Of a DNA stretch of 64,000 bases, positions 1-10,587 are shown piece by piece. Numbering within the stretch: position 1 is the stretch's first letter; every line of letters starts with the position of its first letter. The DNA comes from Desulfatiglandales bacterium (GTDB lineage Bacteria; Desulfobacterota; DSM-4660; Desulfatiglandales; HGW-15), in assembly GCA_963667015.2 (NCBI GenBank), contig CAXXJJ010000004.1, positions 2,624,001 through 2,688,000 of the forward strand, written 5' to 3'. Made by a program: the position numbers and the translations under genes. A model generated the notes under the pieces. The model saw only the letters and a list, made by a program, of their open reading frames with translations. It made no database searches and had not been told where the DNA came from.

Positions 1-166
1 TGGCAGCAGGGGTTATTTCGGTCCTGTCACAAACCCGCTCCAGAGCAGCCTGCGGGAGATACCCGTATTCCTTTTGCAGAGTCTGCAATATCGGCAGGAT
101 ACTTTCAGGGGTTTTTCCTGTCGATGCGATAATTTCATCTACTTTTGTAATATCAATATTTTCCAT
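1..166 (-). CDS. NuoE/HydC-like NAD(P)H oxidoreductase subunit, N-terminal part (runs off the window edge)
   Basis: Manual translation from ATG at 166: MENIDITKVDEIIASTGKTPESILPILQTLQKEYGYLPQAALERVCDRTEITPA, the typical NuoE N-terminal ILQxLQxEYGYLP motif. Overlaps the stop of the upstream gene. Confidence 0.8.
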   Translation of the reverse strand, partial: MENIDITKVDEIIASTGKTPESILPILQTLQKEYGYLPQAALERVCDRTEITPAA

Positions 167-1890
167 TTCCAATACAGTACAGATTCTCTTTTCCGCGAAT
201 GTAGATTCGTCCGGGCATAAATGCCGGTGTGGCAAAACACTCTTCCCCTAATGCATTGCCGGCTTCCTGGGTAAACTCCTTTTCACCTGGAGTACCGATA
301 AACATGGTTCCTTCCAGGGAAAGGACATAGAGTTTACCCGCTACAAGGGTCGGGGAAGAATTAACGTTTTCGTTATAATCATGCTCATAGATAAGCTTGC
401 CGTCTTCGGCATTAACCACATAGAGAGTCCCGTAGGAGTCCAGAAAAAATATCCGGGAGCCATCCGAAACAGGGGAGACTATTGAAGGAGCTACATCATC
501 ATTTTCCCATGCAATATGTGTGGCAGTAACATCACCCGTTCCCCCTAATCGTATGGCCACGTTAAACATATCAGGAGCAACTGCAATGACCTTGTCTCCC
601 GCTATAATGGGCGCTGCGGCAACATCTCCCTTTACGCAGCTCGCCCGCCATATCTCTTTTCCGTCATCCGGATTATAGGCGATCACCCAGGGATCAGCTA
701 CGGTTATAAACTGATAGCCGTTCCCTGTTTCTGCCACAATGGGCGAGGTCCAGCTGTTGGGAACAGGTCTTTTTGTTTCCCAGACAATATTCCCTGTTGC
801 CCCGTCAAATGCATATACCCGGGACTTCCCGTCTGATGCACCCGCCTGGTCAAACTGCACCAGCACGCGATCCTGCCATACATCGAGGCTGGAGGCATAT
901 CCGTAGAGGCTTACCGGTATTCCAAGGCTCTTGTACCACACAAGGCGTCCCTTAAAATCAAATGCGGCCAGATCACCTGTTGCAAAGATTGCATAAACAC
1001 GGACACCATCCGTTGCCATTGTCGGGGCCGCGTAACCGGTGTCTTCCATGACCTCAAACTTTTTATCCCCCATGGGCGCAGTCGGTACATCACCGGTCCA
1101 GAGTATGCTTCCTGTGGATGCATCAAAACAGTATACCTGGCGTTTTTCCCCGTTGGCCCCGGATAAAAATATCCGGTCCTGCCATACAATGGGTGAATTA
1201 TACCCCGGCAAAGGTACCGGAGCTTTCCATAGAATTCCTTCACCACTTGCTCCATCCCATTTTGCAGGAATATCGGTCAGAGAGGTTATACCGGCACCGC
1301 CAAAACCCCGGAAGCGGTTCCAGTTCTGTTTAAGCTCTTCAACTGATGCGTAGGCAGGTTCTTCAGATATTCCCTCCTGAAGCCGGGTGAGCCATTCTGA
1401 CGGAGTCTGCTGTTCAAGTAAAAATGCCCCGCCTGTCAGGAGTAAAACAAACACTGCAAGGGCCAGCCTGCTTTCTCCCAGTTTTCGTCTCTTAAAAGGT
1501 TCATCCTGTTCATCACATGGTTCAGGGTTAATTCCCTTTAACCGGGACTGCCATTTCAGTGCTCCAAAGGTAACAGCAGCGCTGATTAAGAGCATCAAAG
1601 CGGCCATACCGGAAAAATCAATCTGCCGGAGTTTACTGCTGCGATAATCCCGATCCAGTTCCCTTATCTCTTTTATCAACCCTTCGTCATCAGGCTGACT
1701 CAAAAGCTGAACTGTTTCAGGTCTGTTATCTCTGTATATTCCCCTGCGCTCGTACACATACTGCCGGTATCCGTTTATTATCAACAATCCCAAGAAAAAC
1801 CAGTGAAAAGACAGTACCGATTACAGCAGTTGTCCGGAGTACATTCTGCAGTTGTGTTCTGTTACTGTTTTCAGGAGTTATTGAATTCAT
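153..1890 (-). CDS. Membrane-anchored PQQ/BamB-like beta-propeller protein (frameshift near 1790)
   Basis: ORF 153..1793 has WNRFRG and repeated SSPxV / GxxxW propeller motifs plus TM helices. The likely true start is ATG 1890 (MNSITPEN...VFSLVFLG), overlapping the upstream TGA; it is in another frame because of one extra base in a GGG run. Confidence 0.8.
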
Positions 1891-3202
1891 CTGCTGCTCA
1901 TCCCTCCTGCTTCCTCTATTTTCTGCAGGCGATATTCCTGCTCCTTTGGGCAGTATTTAAAGCATCGCCCGCAGGATACACATCCGGCCCTGTCAGCTTC
2001 ATAGTCTTTCTGTCTGGGACGAAGGTTAAGCAATATAAGCTTGCCGCCAAGAATCAATCCCAGGAAACCTCCAAAAAACCAGCCTCCCTTTTCAAAACCA
2101 GTCCTTATTGCTGCGGCGTGCTGATAAAGGGAACTGATAGTCTCACCCGAGGAGCGGAAATACTGGCTTGCATCTGTTGTTTCATCAATATCCTGGTTTT
2201 CTTCCAGCCATATTCGCTCGGCCAGTGCGACTGTTGGATGGGATCGAGCTGCAAGCGGGGCAAGGCTGTTTCCAACCCATGCGCCAAGTCCCATGAGAAA
2301 AGGAAGCAAAACGATGAAATATGGCAAGCCGTTTTTTATCCCGTTTATATGTAGCCTCAGGCCATTCGGGTACAGGTGCCTGAATGACGCCGTAGGGGCA
2401 GGCATCTTCACAGAGTTTGCACTGATTGCAGTCTGTAGGAGTAATTTTTAACCGCCATTTGGAGAGCCTGGATAACTGTCGCAGTATAACACCATAGGGG
2501 CATAAAAATCGGCAGTATGGGCGTCCGATAAAAAAACCTATTATAAGTAATATGCCGCCCATGATCAGTATATTAAGGTTCCCGTTCCTGCGGAATATAG
2601 CTACAAACGGGTCATACTTGCATATAACAAAGGAACTCCCCATTGCAGCAAGCCAGACGGCAAGCGCCAGATAGACATATGCAAGATACCGCAGGGAGTG
2701 TTCCAGCCAGACCGGAACCTTTACAGGCTTTATCAGCGTAATATCCTGAACCGCACCAAGGGGGCATACCCCTGCACAAAAACTTCTGCCCGAAAAGCAG
2801 CGTAAATATCAGGGGTGCAATAAAGAAAAATATAGTAAGTAACGGGACTGTATAGTCTGCATTGAACAAGAACAAAGACATGTCCTGTATTGCCCCGATG
2901 GAACAGACACATCCCTTTCTGTAAAACCCGAAATAGGCGAGTGAGAAAACCATCAGGCCGAAAACAGCCTTCCTGCTTCTTTTTTTATGTATAAGCCATG
3001 ACGCTGTACCAAGTGCCAGCAAAAGAACTGCTGCATCGACAAGCGGCCACGCTCCTCCCCTGGGCATGGGCGCGGTGTGTTCGGGACGCACATAATCTCC
3101 CTCAAACTGCGGCGGCGGGAATCTTTCGATGGAATATGAATTCATTGCCACGCTGGAAAACATCAGCAGGACAAAGAAGATATAGAAAATTCTGATTCTC
3201 AA
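1887..3202 (-). CDS. Membrane 4Fe-4S binding protein (NapH/MauN/NosR C-terminal-like), split by two +1 frameshifts
   Basis: Joining three ORFs gives GCVCSIG, FGRSFCAGVCPLG, YCRFLCPYG, CNQCKLCEDACP and CVSCGRCFKYCP with multiple TM helices. Extra bases at ~2790 and ~2318. Confidence 0.8.
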
Positions 3203-3789
3203 GCTTCCCCCCCCTTTTTGAAGAGGTAGGGATTATTTACAGGCACTCTTTTAAATGCGTCCGCCGGGCAGACAAGGGCGATTGCACACTGATTGCAGTT
3301 TACACAGCGGTCATGCCGCACCTGCATGTGAAGAGAACCATTACCAAAGCCATTGCATGTCTTTACACATTTTGCGCAGCCGATACAAAGAGATTCATCA
3401 ATGGTGTATTCATAGTATGGATCTTCAACATAATTTCGTTTAATCGCCCCCATGGGACAGATCTGGTTTTCCCCACCCTCATTGATCGCGTTGGGTTGAG
3501 GTTCAAAAAAACCGAAACATATCTTGCAGTACCCGCAGATCTCATAGGAGTGTACGCACTTTACGGCCGACTCCTCCATTACACATGCGGTTTCACAGTT
3601 GCCGCAGGCGCTGCATTTATAGGGATCTATCTGCCAGGCATATGTTGCATTGCGGCTGCGGTACCAGCCAAGGCCGATAACGCCGCCTATGGCAACAAGA
3701 GAAGCGCCCCGCAGGGCATCCCGGAGAAATTCCCGCCTTGATTTCTTTTTATCGTTATTGTTGCTGTCCATCCCAAACTCCTGAGTCAT
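3199..3789 (-). CDS. Tat-signal polyferredoxin (about three 4Fe-4S clusters)
   Basis: SRREFL twin-arginine motif plus hydrophobic stretch; CSACGNCETAC, CIGCAKCVKTC, CVNCNQCAIALVC. The start may be 3771. Confidence 0.85.
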   Translation of the reverse strand: MTQEFGMDSNNNDKKKSRREFLRDALRGASLVAIGGVIGLGWYRSRNATYAWQIDPYKCSACGNCETACVMEESAVKCVHSYEICGYCKICFGFFEPQPNAINEGGENQICPMGAIKRNYVEDPYYEYTIDESLCIGCAKCVKTCNGFGNGSLHMQVRHDRCVNCNQCAIALVCPADAFKRVPVNNPYLFKKGGEA

Positions 3790-3822
3790 CTACCTATTAG
3801 CCTGCTATTTCTAAATAATACT

Positions 3823-3968
3823 GTAGGGGCACGGCGTACCGTGCCCATCTCCTGTTATTTTGTGGCTCGCCACATTAAGGGCACGGTGCGCAGTGCCCCT
3901 ACTGCTTATCGAATCCTATTTATCATTCCTGTTGATCCTTTTGAGATAGGTTTGAAACCTGTCTCTAC
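3823..3968. repeat. GTAG-type REP-like palindromes (inverted pair plus a third)
   Basis: GTAGGGGCACGGCGTACCGTGCCC (3823-3846), GGGCACGGTGCGCAGTGCCCCTAC (3879-3902), GAGATAGGTTTGAAACCTGTCTCTAC (3943-3968). Confidence 0.75.
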
Positions 3969-3970
3969 GT

Positions 3971-4988
3971 TTATTTCCGCTTAAAGAACCTCAGCACATT
4001 CCTTGCCCTGTCCAGTATATAAACATGCCCGGCATCATCCGCTGCCACATCAAAACCATAGCGCTGGATCTTTTCTGTTTTTGATGCAACAGACGAAGGC
4101 ACATCTGCAAGCTGTTTCGGTTCTGCCACAAAACCTTTCAGTTTGCCGAAGGTATCATAAACCTTTACCCTGGCAACTCCCTTTTCACAGGTTATGATAT
4201 CCCCGTTTTTAAGAATGGCAAAACTTACAGGGTTGCAGCATGCAGCAAAATCTTCGAGCCTGTTGCCGAATTTTCCCCAGGCAAATTCACGATCTCCTTT
4301 AACTGTATAGGCCTCTATCTGATGATTTCCGGGGTTGGCAACACGCAGCAAGCCGTCCGGGGCCATGGCAAGGTCAAAGTATGGGCCTGGCACTATAAAC
4401 CCGGGAATATTCTTTTCTAGTGTTTTTATCTCCAATACGTCTTACAAAATTTCCATCCGGATCATAACACCAGACAATCCTCTGGCCCGCATCCGCAATG
4501 AAAATATATTTATCGGTCAGGGCGATATTTGTTATCCATGCATTTTCACCAAGGCTTTTCCATGTATCCCTGATCCCGCCGTTTTTATCGGTTATTACAA
4601 TCCTGTCCCTGGTTCCGATATAAAACCCGTCATCCACGGGAACAAGACAAAAAGGAACAACACTCAATTCCACAGTGTCTTTTATTCTGCCATGAGAATC
4701 CATTTCTTTTACAACCTGGTCACCTGCCAGGAATAATGCACCTGATTTATCCACAGTAACAAAACGTGACTCGACAAACCCGGTAGAGACAGGTTTATTT
4801 ACCTCCTCGTAAAGGATCATTTCAGGATCTATTTTAGTCATGGAAATGATATCAATGGTACTGCTGCCTGCACCTATAGCCTTTCCCGGCCGACTCAGGC
4901 AAACAAGTCCACCAACAGCAGCTATGGAACCGGCCTTAAGTACGTCACCCAGAAATTCACGACGGTTTTTTTTGTTTTCGTTATCCAT
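3971..4988 (-). CDS. Tat-signal NHL-repeat beta-propeller protein (frameshift ~4422)
   Basis: NRREFL Tat motif; NHL-like repeats IFIADAG, VANPGNHQIE, DVAADDAGHVYILD; CCNP motif. Two ORFs join at GDKN/LEKNIPGF. Confidence 0.75.
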
Positions 4989-5000
4989 GATGAACCTTCA

Positions 5001-6401
5001 TTAATCTTCCATTATGTCCAGACACTTCATATGTGTAAGATCCCTCACAATGAGTCGGCCCGACACAAAAACCATTGGTCCCCATGCGTCGTGACCTTCC
5101 AGGACCTTTGCGTCGGTTATCGGCTCATAGGCATCCGGTGTTGCCTTTGCAACCGTCAGGTGTCCTTCGTCATTCATTACAAAGATCATATTATTAATTA
5201 TAGTGTAGGGCCCTATACCAAACTTGTTTGCCGATGTGCTGGTCCATTTTATATTTCCATCGAGATCCATGCAGACGAGCTCTTCATCCGGCCGAACACC
5301 ATATATATAACCTTTGTAATATATGGGAGTCTGCTGGTCGGATCCGAATACCTTTGCATCCAGTCTGAATATTGACTCCGGAACATATTGATTATTAACC
5401 TGTTTTACTGCAAGCATCATGGAACCGGCGTTGTAACCGCCGCTTAAAAAAATGCGCTCTTTATCGATAATTACCGGAGTAGGCACATTTGCGATATTTA
5501 TTCGCCAGTCCGGATACTGCCAGAGTAATCTTCCGTCTTCGGCAGAGACACCGACAACCCCGCCGCCGGAACAGTATACATATGATCTTTCATCTCCAAG
5601 GTCCATGGGAACAAGGGAAGAGTGAGTCATTTTCCAGCCCTTTGGATTGGGAGTTTTCCAGATTACTTCTCCTGTCTGATAGTTAAGGGCCATGACAAGC
5701 GCATCCGAACCGCCTACCCCGAGGATGAGTTTATCACCGTCAACCAGAGGACACTGGCCGGCATACCACGCGGGGACCTCTGCGCCGTCCTCTTTTACAA
5801 GATTTCGTTTCCAGCGTAATTCACCGGTTATCCTGTCAAGGCATACAACATGACACTTGGGCCCGATTGTAATTACGCAGTCGCCGGCAATTACAGGAAC
5901 GGTTCTGCTCATTCCGTGATTCCGTTTTATCTTTACCTTGTAAAAATACCGCCAGATCTCTTTTCCATCATCAAGGGAAAGGCATCTTATGGCATCACCC
6001 TCTTTTTCCTGATCATAATCCAGTACATAAACACGGCCATCTGCAACTGCCGCCCCGGCATATCCTTCGCCAAGTTCAACATCCCAGAGAACCTTTGGTT
6101 TATCAGTTTCCCACTGAAGGTTGAATTTTCCCGGTAAATCTTCGTAAACTATTGCATCCAGGTTCTTCCCCCTGAAACCGGGCCAGTAACCCGGTAATGA
6201 GGAAGGAACTCCGTCAGATGTTGTAAGCTCTCCCACGAATGGCACATCATCTGATGGAGCTGCGATATTCTCAAGGATTGGAATCCGCAGTGATATGTCT
6301 GCACCCCGCCCCTGCAGGAGAAGTAATGACAGGAGTGAAATTCCCCCGGCTAAAACCAGGACAATGGGTAACAGGTTTATGAGCTTAGTTGTCTTCATCA
6401 T
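5001..6401 (-). CDS. PQQ/BamB-like beta-propeller protein with N-terminal membrane anchor
   Basis: WPGFRG motif, LGEGYAGAAVADGRVY, repeated GxxxW; C-terminal WGPMVFVSGRLIVRD. Confidence 0.85.
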   Translation of the reverse strand: MMKTTKLINLLPIVLVLAGGISLLSLLLLQGRGADISLRIPILENIAAPSDDVPFVGELTTSDGVPSSLPGYWPGFRGKNLDAIVYEDLPGKFNLQWETDKPKVLWDVELGEGYAGAAVADGRVYVLDYDQEKEGDAIRCLSLDDGKEIWRYFYKVKIKRNHGMSRTVPVIAGDCVITIGPKCHVVCLDRITGELRWKRNLVKEDGAEVPAWYAGQCPLVDGDKLILGVGGSDALVMALNYQTGEVIWKTPNPKGWKMTHSSLVPMDLGDERSYVYCSGGGVVGVSAEDGRLLWQYPDWRINIANVPTPVIIDKERIFLSGGYNAGSMMLAVKQVNNQYVPESIFRLDAKVFGSDQQTPIYYKGYIYGVRPDEELVCMDLDGNIKWTSTSANKFGIGPYTIINNMIFVMNDEGHLTVAKATPDAYEPITDAKVLEGHDAWGPMVFVSGRLIVRDLTHMKCLDIMED

Positions 6402-6574
6402 CTTTTCACAATCATAAATAAGTATTCAAATTCGATAATACCGGTCTTCCACTGCGGCATATAAAATGCCACCCTGCTAAAATCCTCAACAAATGCAGGG
6501 GGGATACCCCACCTGTTTTTCTTCTTTTATTACCTCTCTGCGTACTTTGCGTCTTTGCGGTGAATATTATATTT

Positions 6575-9500
6575 TTATTCATTCCTCAGAGGCGTTAAAA
6601 TATTACCTCTTAAGGTAAACCTCGTCGAGATTACTACCCAGATAACCCCGCTGACACCAATCAGAAGCATCATAATACCGATCATTCCAATTGGCAACTG
6701 CCCGGCTGCGGCATGTATTGACGGCAGGACTGAAATAACAGCACAAATCAGACCGGCAGCAAGGCCTGCAGCCAGAAGGTAAACATGTTCATAATAGACC
6801 ATTTTAAGCAGGGTCTTTTTACTGAAACCGACTGCCCTCAGCATGGCAAGCTCTCCCTGCCGTTCCAGTAAATTTCGTGCAACAATAAGGCCTAGCCCTA
6901 TACACCCAAGCATAAGCCCAAGGCCGCCCAGGATAAGAAAGATTGACAGGTATGTATCTTCCATCCTGGCAAAAAGTTCAAGTCTTTCTACTGCTGTCTC
7001 CACCGAGAGCCCTGCATCCGCCATCCTGGCTGTAAGGTGTCTAGATACCTCGCTCTTTTTATTAAAAGGTGTATCAATAAGCCATGCCCTGTACCCTTCC
7101 ACCTCAGGAAAATATCGCTCCATAGCATAGCTGGAGATAATCAGGCTCCCCTGAAGTATTGAACTCCTTATCATACCCACTATCTGCAGCCGTATTTCTT
7201 CTCCTTTTCTATTCCGGTATATCAGTATATCGCCGATCTTCTTGCCCAGTCCCCAGTATACCGTGGGATAATCCCCGACTGCCGGGATGACATTGTCTGC
7301 ATAGTTCTGCCTCAGGAGATCCCAGGGTCGGTCCTGATATTTTGTATCCTTCATCTCCTGAAAGGAAAAGGCGTTTAATTCCACCAGCCGGTCAATTGAA
7401 ATCCCGAGAAGCGCTGGTTCCCTGGTCCGGTTGAGATTAAGACAGCTTGCGTCATCCCCTTCACGTACACGAATATTTATGAATTCCGTTCCCTGTATGA
7501 TGGATGGATTCATTCCCCATTTGCTGCGCCCTTTAACCGTGCTCAGATCCTGCATAACAGGTATGGAAGATTCCGCATAGAGCGCGAAACCTCCTGTACC
7601 CGATGTACGCAGATCCGCTCCCTTTTCCGGATTTTTACGATTTGCACCAACTGCAACAACCATGAATACTCCGCATGCCAGTAATGCAATAACTGCCATG
7701 CTTCGCCCTCTTCGCCTTGCACTGTTATACATTGCAAGTGAAGATAATTTTTTAAGGACAGGATGCGGTTTATTGCCCAAGCGGCCAAGAAACATTCCTG
7801 TCCAGATCATGATAGAGATCAGCAGCAGGGTCCCTGCCCCGAAAAAAGCACCTGCCATGGCACTGCTGCCGAAGGATTTGCTGAAAAACAGCAGCAGGAC
7901 CGCGCCGGCAAATGAAATAATCGAGGCTGCCCACCCGAACAGCCTGCGTTCATAGGTGGCAGGTTTACTGGAGATGGAATATTTATTTCCTGCCATAAGA
8001 CTGTGCGCACTGGATTTCATCTGACCTTTCAGTGTCCTTATCATAGCAATAACCGCGATAAGAAACCCGGAAACAAACCCGATCCCGAGTGACATCAGGG
8101 AGGCCGAATACCGGACTGACATACCTGCAACTGCTCCCTGCCATGCGTTTGAGAGCCCCCAGATAACAAGTCTGGTATATATAAGGGCAATACAGACACC
8201 GGCCATGGCACCCAGAAATGCAACAGATGAACCTTCCAGCAGATATAATTTTCTGATTCTTTTTACAGGAAACCCTATTGCCAGGAGCATACCGGTCTGT
8301 TTACTGCGGCCTTCTATACTGAAGATAAAGAGAAGCCAGGTAAGCAGGATACCGGATACGATCAAAAACATGCTTAATCCCAGAAAGAGCTGACCAAAAT
8401 CCGTGCCGCCCCGGCTCGCACGCGATCCAATCTCACGCACTGGTAATACAGACAGTCCGAGGCTTGTCGGGTCAATAAGTTTACACAGATCCGCTTCCAG
8501 TTTATCTCTGTCTGCAGAATCTTTCTGAAAACGGACAGCCGTCAGATCCCCATATGTGTTTCCCCACATGGATTTACCTGCAAAAAGGGTTATGAAGGCC
8601 TTGGGCGTTCCTCTGTAAGCATCCCAGTAAATTTCATCTTTGTCCCTGATGCGGTCCAGGTCAATTGGAAGTGACGGGTCCCAGTCACGGCAGTTCTCCG
8701 AATCCGAAAGTCCCGGCAGATCGGGCGTAAGACCGGGGTCGGCTGCCGCACCCTCAACAGGTATTATACTGCAGACCTTAAATGTTCGTTGCGCCTCCTT
8801 CAGAGTCTGCCATCCGCCGGGCATAAAATATGTCACTGTCAAATCATCACCAACTCTTGCATTAAGGTCATCGGCAAGCCACTGGTTGATAACGATCTGG
8901 TCATCTTTCATGTCAGGAGGCAGGATATCATTAAATCCGCCCTTTTTGTCTCCGGCAGTAATCATGGAATATGGTGTAGCCAGATCACCCACCCGGAGTT
9001 CATTAACAAAATATGTCAAAATCCTCAGTGCATCCGGTTGCAGCCTGGATGCAGCTGCACCAAAGGAGTGATCAAGAAACACCCTTGAGCTCTTCAGTTC
9101 AAGAGAGTTTTCTCCCAGCGGTTTAATTTCGGCCTCTGCATCTTCAAGACGCCACTCTTTTTTAAGGGTCTGGTTCAACTCATCGGTTGTAAATTTCTGT
9201 AAAGGATCATTGATCAGCAGCAGGTTTGCCTGCCCTTCCCTTTTCAGCCGGTTCTGCAGCCAGGCAAGGGATACAAAAACGTTAATGGGCTCCTGCTGGT
9301 TTGCCTCAAGGCTGAATCTTCCAAAATGCTCATCATCCACCACACCGGTTACAGGAAGACGCACGGAAAGGGTGCTGTCCTTACCGGGTGCCAGAACCAG
9401 GTTGCGCGAAATTGCAGAGGGATTATCAAAACGCAACACCAGTTCTTCTTTACTCTCTTTTGTTATTTTGAGACGCGATGCAAGGGCGGAGTTGATCAGC

Positions 9501-9895
9501 ATATTTCCTTCGCCGAATCCAGCAGGAGATTTTTCTGAAAGTGACATCTTAAAAAAGCTCTCATCAACTCCAAGGATACGTACCTGGTTAACACGGATAC
9601 TTCCGTCCCCTTTTGTCACCATACCCCGTACCTGGAGTATTGAAGAGGCATCAATATTATCATTCTTCAGGCGCCGGGCCAGGTCCTGTCCAAAAAACCG
9701 CTCCTGTGTGGATACCGCCCAGCCCGCATTTCCAAGCCGGGTAACAAAAGAATATTTCAGTGTGGCTTTTACAGAATCCCCGACAAGGAGCGCACCGGTA
9801 AGTACCACCGTTGCGGTTGCCGCAGCAAGGGCGACGGCCAGATGCATACGCCTGTAATGGACAAGGCTTCTTATGACCCATTTAAAAAATGTCAT
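6575..9895 (-). CDS. Large FtsX/MacB-type ABC transporter permease (duplicated)
   Basis: 1106 aa with two FtsX-like modules (GMLLAIGF; ERQGELAMLRAVGF) and large periplasmic domains. Confidence 0.85.
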   Translation of the reverse strand: MTFFKWVIRSLVHYRRMHLAVALAAATATVVLTGALLVGDSVKATLKYSFVTRLGNAGWAVSTQERFFGQDLARRLKNDNIDASSILQVRGMVTKGDGSIRVNQVRILGVDESFFKMSLSEKSPAGFGEGNMLINSALASRLKITKESKEELVLRFDNPSAISRNLVLAPGKDSTLSVRLPVTGVVDDEHFGRFSLEANQQEPINVFVSLAWLQNRLKREGQANLLLINDPLQKFTTDELNQTLKKEWRLEDAEAEIKPLGENSLELKSSRVFLDHSFGAAASRLQPDALRILTYFVNELRVGDLATPYSMITAGDKKGGFNDILPPDMKDDQIVINQWLADDLNARVGDDLTVTYFMPGGWQTLKEAQRTFKVCSIIPVEGAAADPGLTPDLPGLSDSENCRDWDPSLPIDLDRIRDKDEIYWDAYRGTPKAFITLFAGKSMWGNTYGDLTAVRFQKDSADRDKLEADLCKLIDPTSLGLSVLPVREIGSRASRGGTDFGQLFLGLSMFLIVSGILLTWLLFIFSIEGRSKQTGMLLAIGFPVKRIRKLYLLEGSSVAFLGAMAGVCIALIYTRLVIWGLSNAWQGAVAGMSVRYSASLMSLGIGFVSGFLIAVIAMIRTLKGQMKSSAHSLMAGNKYSISSKPATYERRLFGWAASIISFAGAVLLLFFSKSFGSSAMAGAFFGAGTLLLISIMIWTGMFLGRLGNKPHPVLKKLSSLAMYNSARRRGRSMAVIALLACGVFMVVAVGANRKNPEKGADLRTSGTGGFALYAESSIPVMQDLSTVKGRSKWGMNPSIIQGTEFINIRVREGDDASCLNLNRTREPALLGISIDRLVELNAFSFQEMKDTKYQDRPWDLLRQNYADNVIPAVGDYPTVYWGLGKKIGDILIYRNRKGEEIRLQIVGMIRSSILQGSLIISSYAMERYFPEVEGYRAWLIDTPFNKKSEVSRHLTARMADAGLSVETAVERLELFARMEDTYLSIFLILGGLGLMLGCIGLGLIVARNLLERQGELAMLRAVGFSKKTLLKMVYYEHVYLLAAGLAAGLICAVISVLPSIHAAAGQLPIGMIGIMMLLIGVSGVIWVVISTRFTLRGNILTPLRNE

Positions 9896-10578
9896 TCGTT
9901 TTTCTCTGATAATTCACCCTCACGAAGGGTATAAACCTGCTTAAACTGCTGTGCCAGGTCCGCAGCGTGGGTAACTACAACAAGGGCCAGGTTTTCTGTT
10001 TGATTCAGTTCACTTAAAAGGTTCATAACACTTACCGCTGTTTCATGGTCCAGTGACCCGGTCGGTTCATCTGCCAGAAGAAGCTTTGGTGAATTGATCA
10101 ATGCCCTGGCAACGGCCGTCCTCTGACACTGGCCGCCTGAAAGTTCTCCGGGACGTCGATCTTTGCATTCACCTATTCCCATTTTATCAATAAGCTCAAC
10201 TGCCCTGTTTCTGTAAAGACCTGCCTTCCCGGCATGAGGATAGGCCAGGGTTGGAATAAGGACATTTTCGAGCACGGTTAGATGGGGCAGAAGATGATGC
10301 ATCTGAAATACAAACCCGATCTCCTGGTTGCGGATAAAGGCAAGCCTCTCTTCGTCCAAGTCGGTTAAATCCTGATCCATAAAACGAACCTGACCGCTGG
10401 TCGGTTTATCCAGTGTACTGATAATGTTAAGAAGCGTACTCTTGCCGCATCCTGAAGGTCCAAGGACGGCCATTGACTCCCCGGCAGAGAATTTAAGAGA
10501 CAGCGATGAAAGAACCGGCACATATCCCGGTGCGCCCTGGATTCCATATCCTTTTGTTATGTCGATTAATTCCAGCAT
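9892..10578 (-). CDS. LolD/MacB-type ABC ATP-binding protein
   Basis: Walker A GPSGCGKST, signature LSGGQ, LLLADEPTGSLD, H-loop VTH. Confidence 0.95.
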   Translation of the reverse strand: MLELIDITKGYGIQGAPGYVPVLSSLSLKFSAGESMAVLGPSGCGKSTLLNIISTLDKPTSGQVRFMDQDLTDLDEERLAFIRNQEIGFVFQMHHLLPHLTVLENVLIPTLAYPHAGKAGLYRNRAVELIDKMGIGECKDRRPGELSGGQCQRTAVARALINSPKLLLADEPTGSLDHETAVSVMNLLSELNQTENLALVVVTHAADLAQQFKQVYTLREGELSEKNE

Positions 10579-10587
10579 GGTTTATCT

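Noticed and set aside
1887..4988. Programmed ribosomal frameshifting
   Set aside because: No slippery heptamers or stimulatory structures noticed; several unrelated single-base insertions fit error or decay better.
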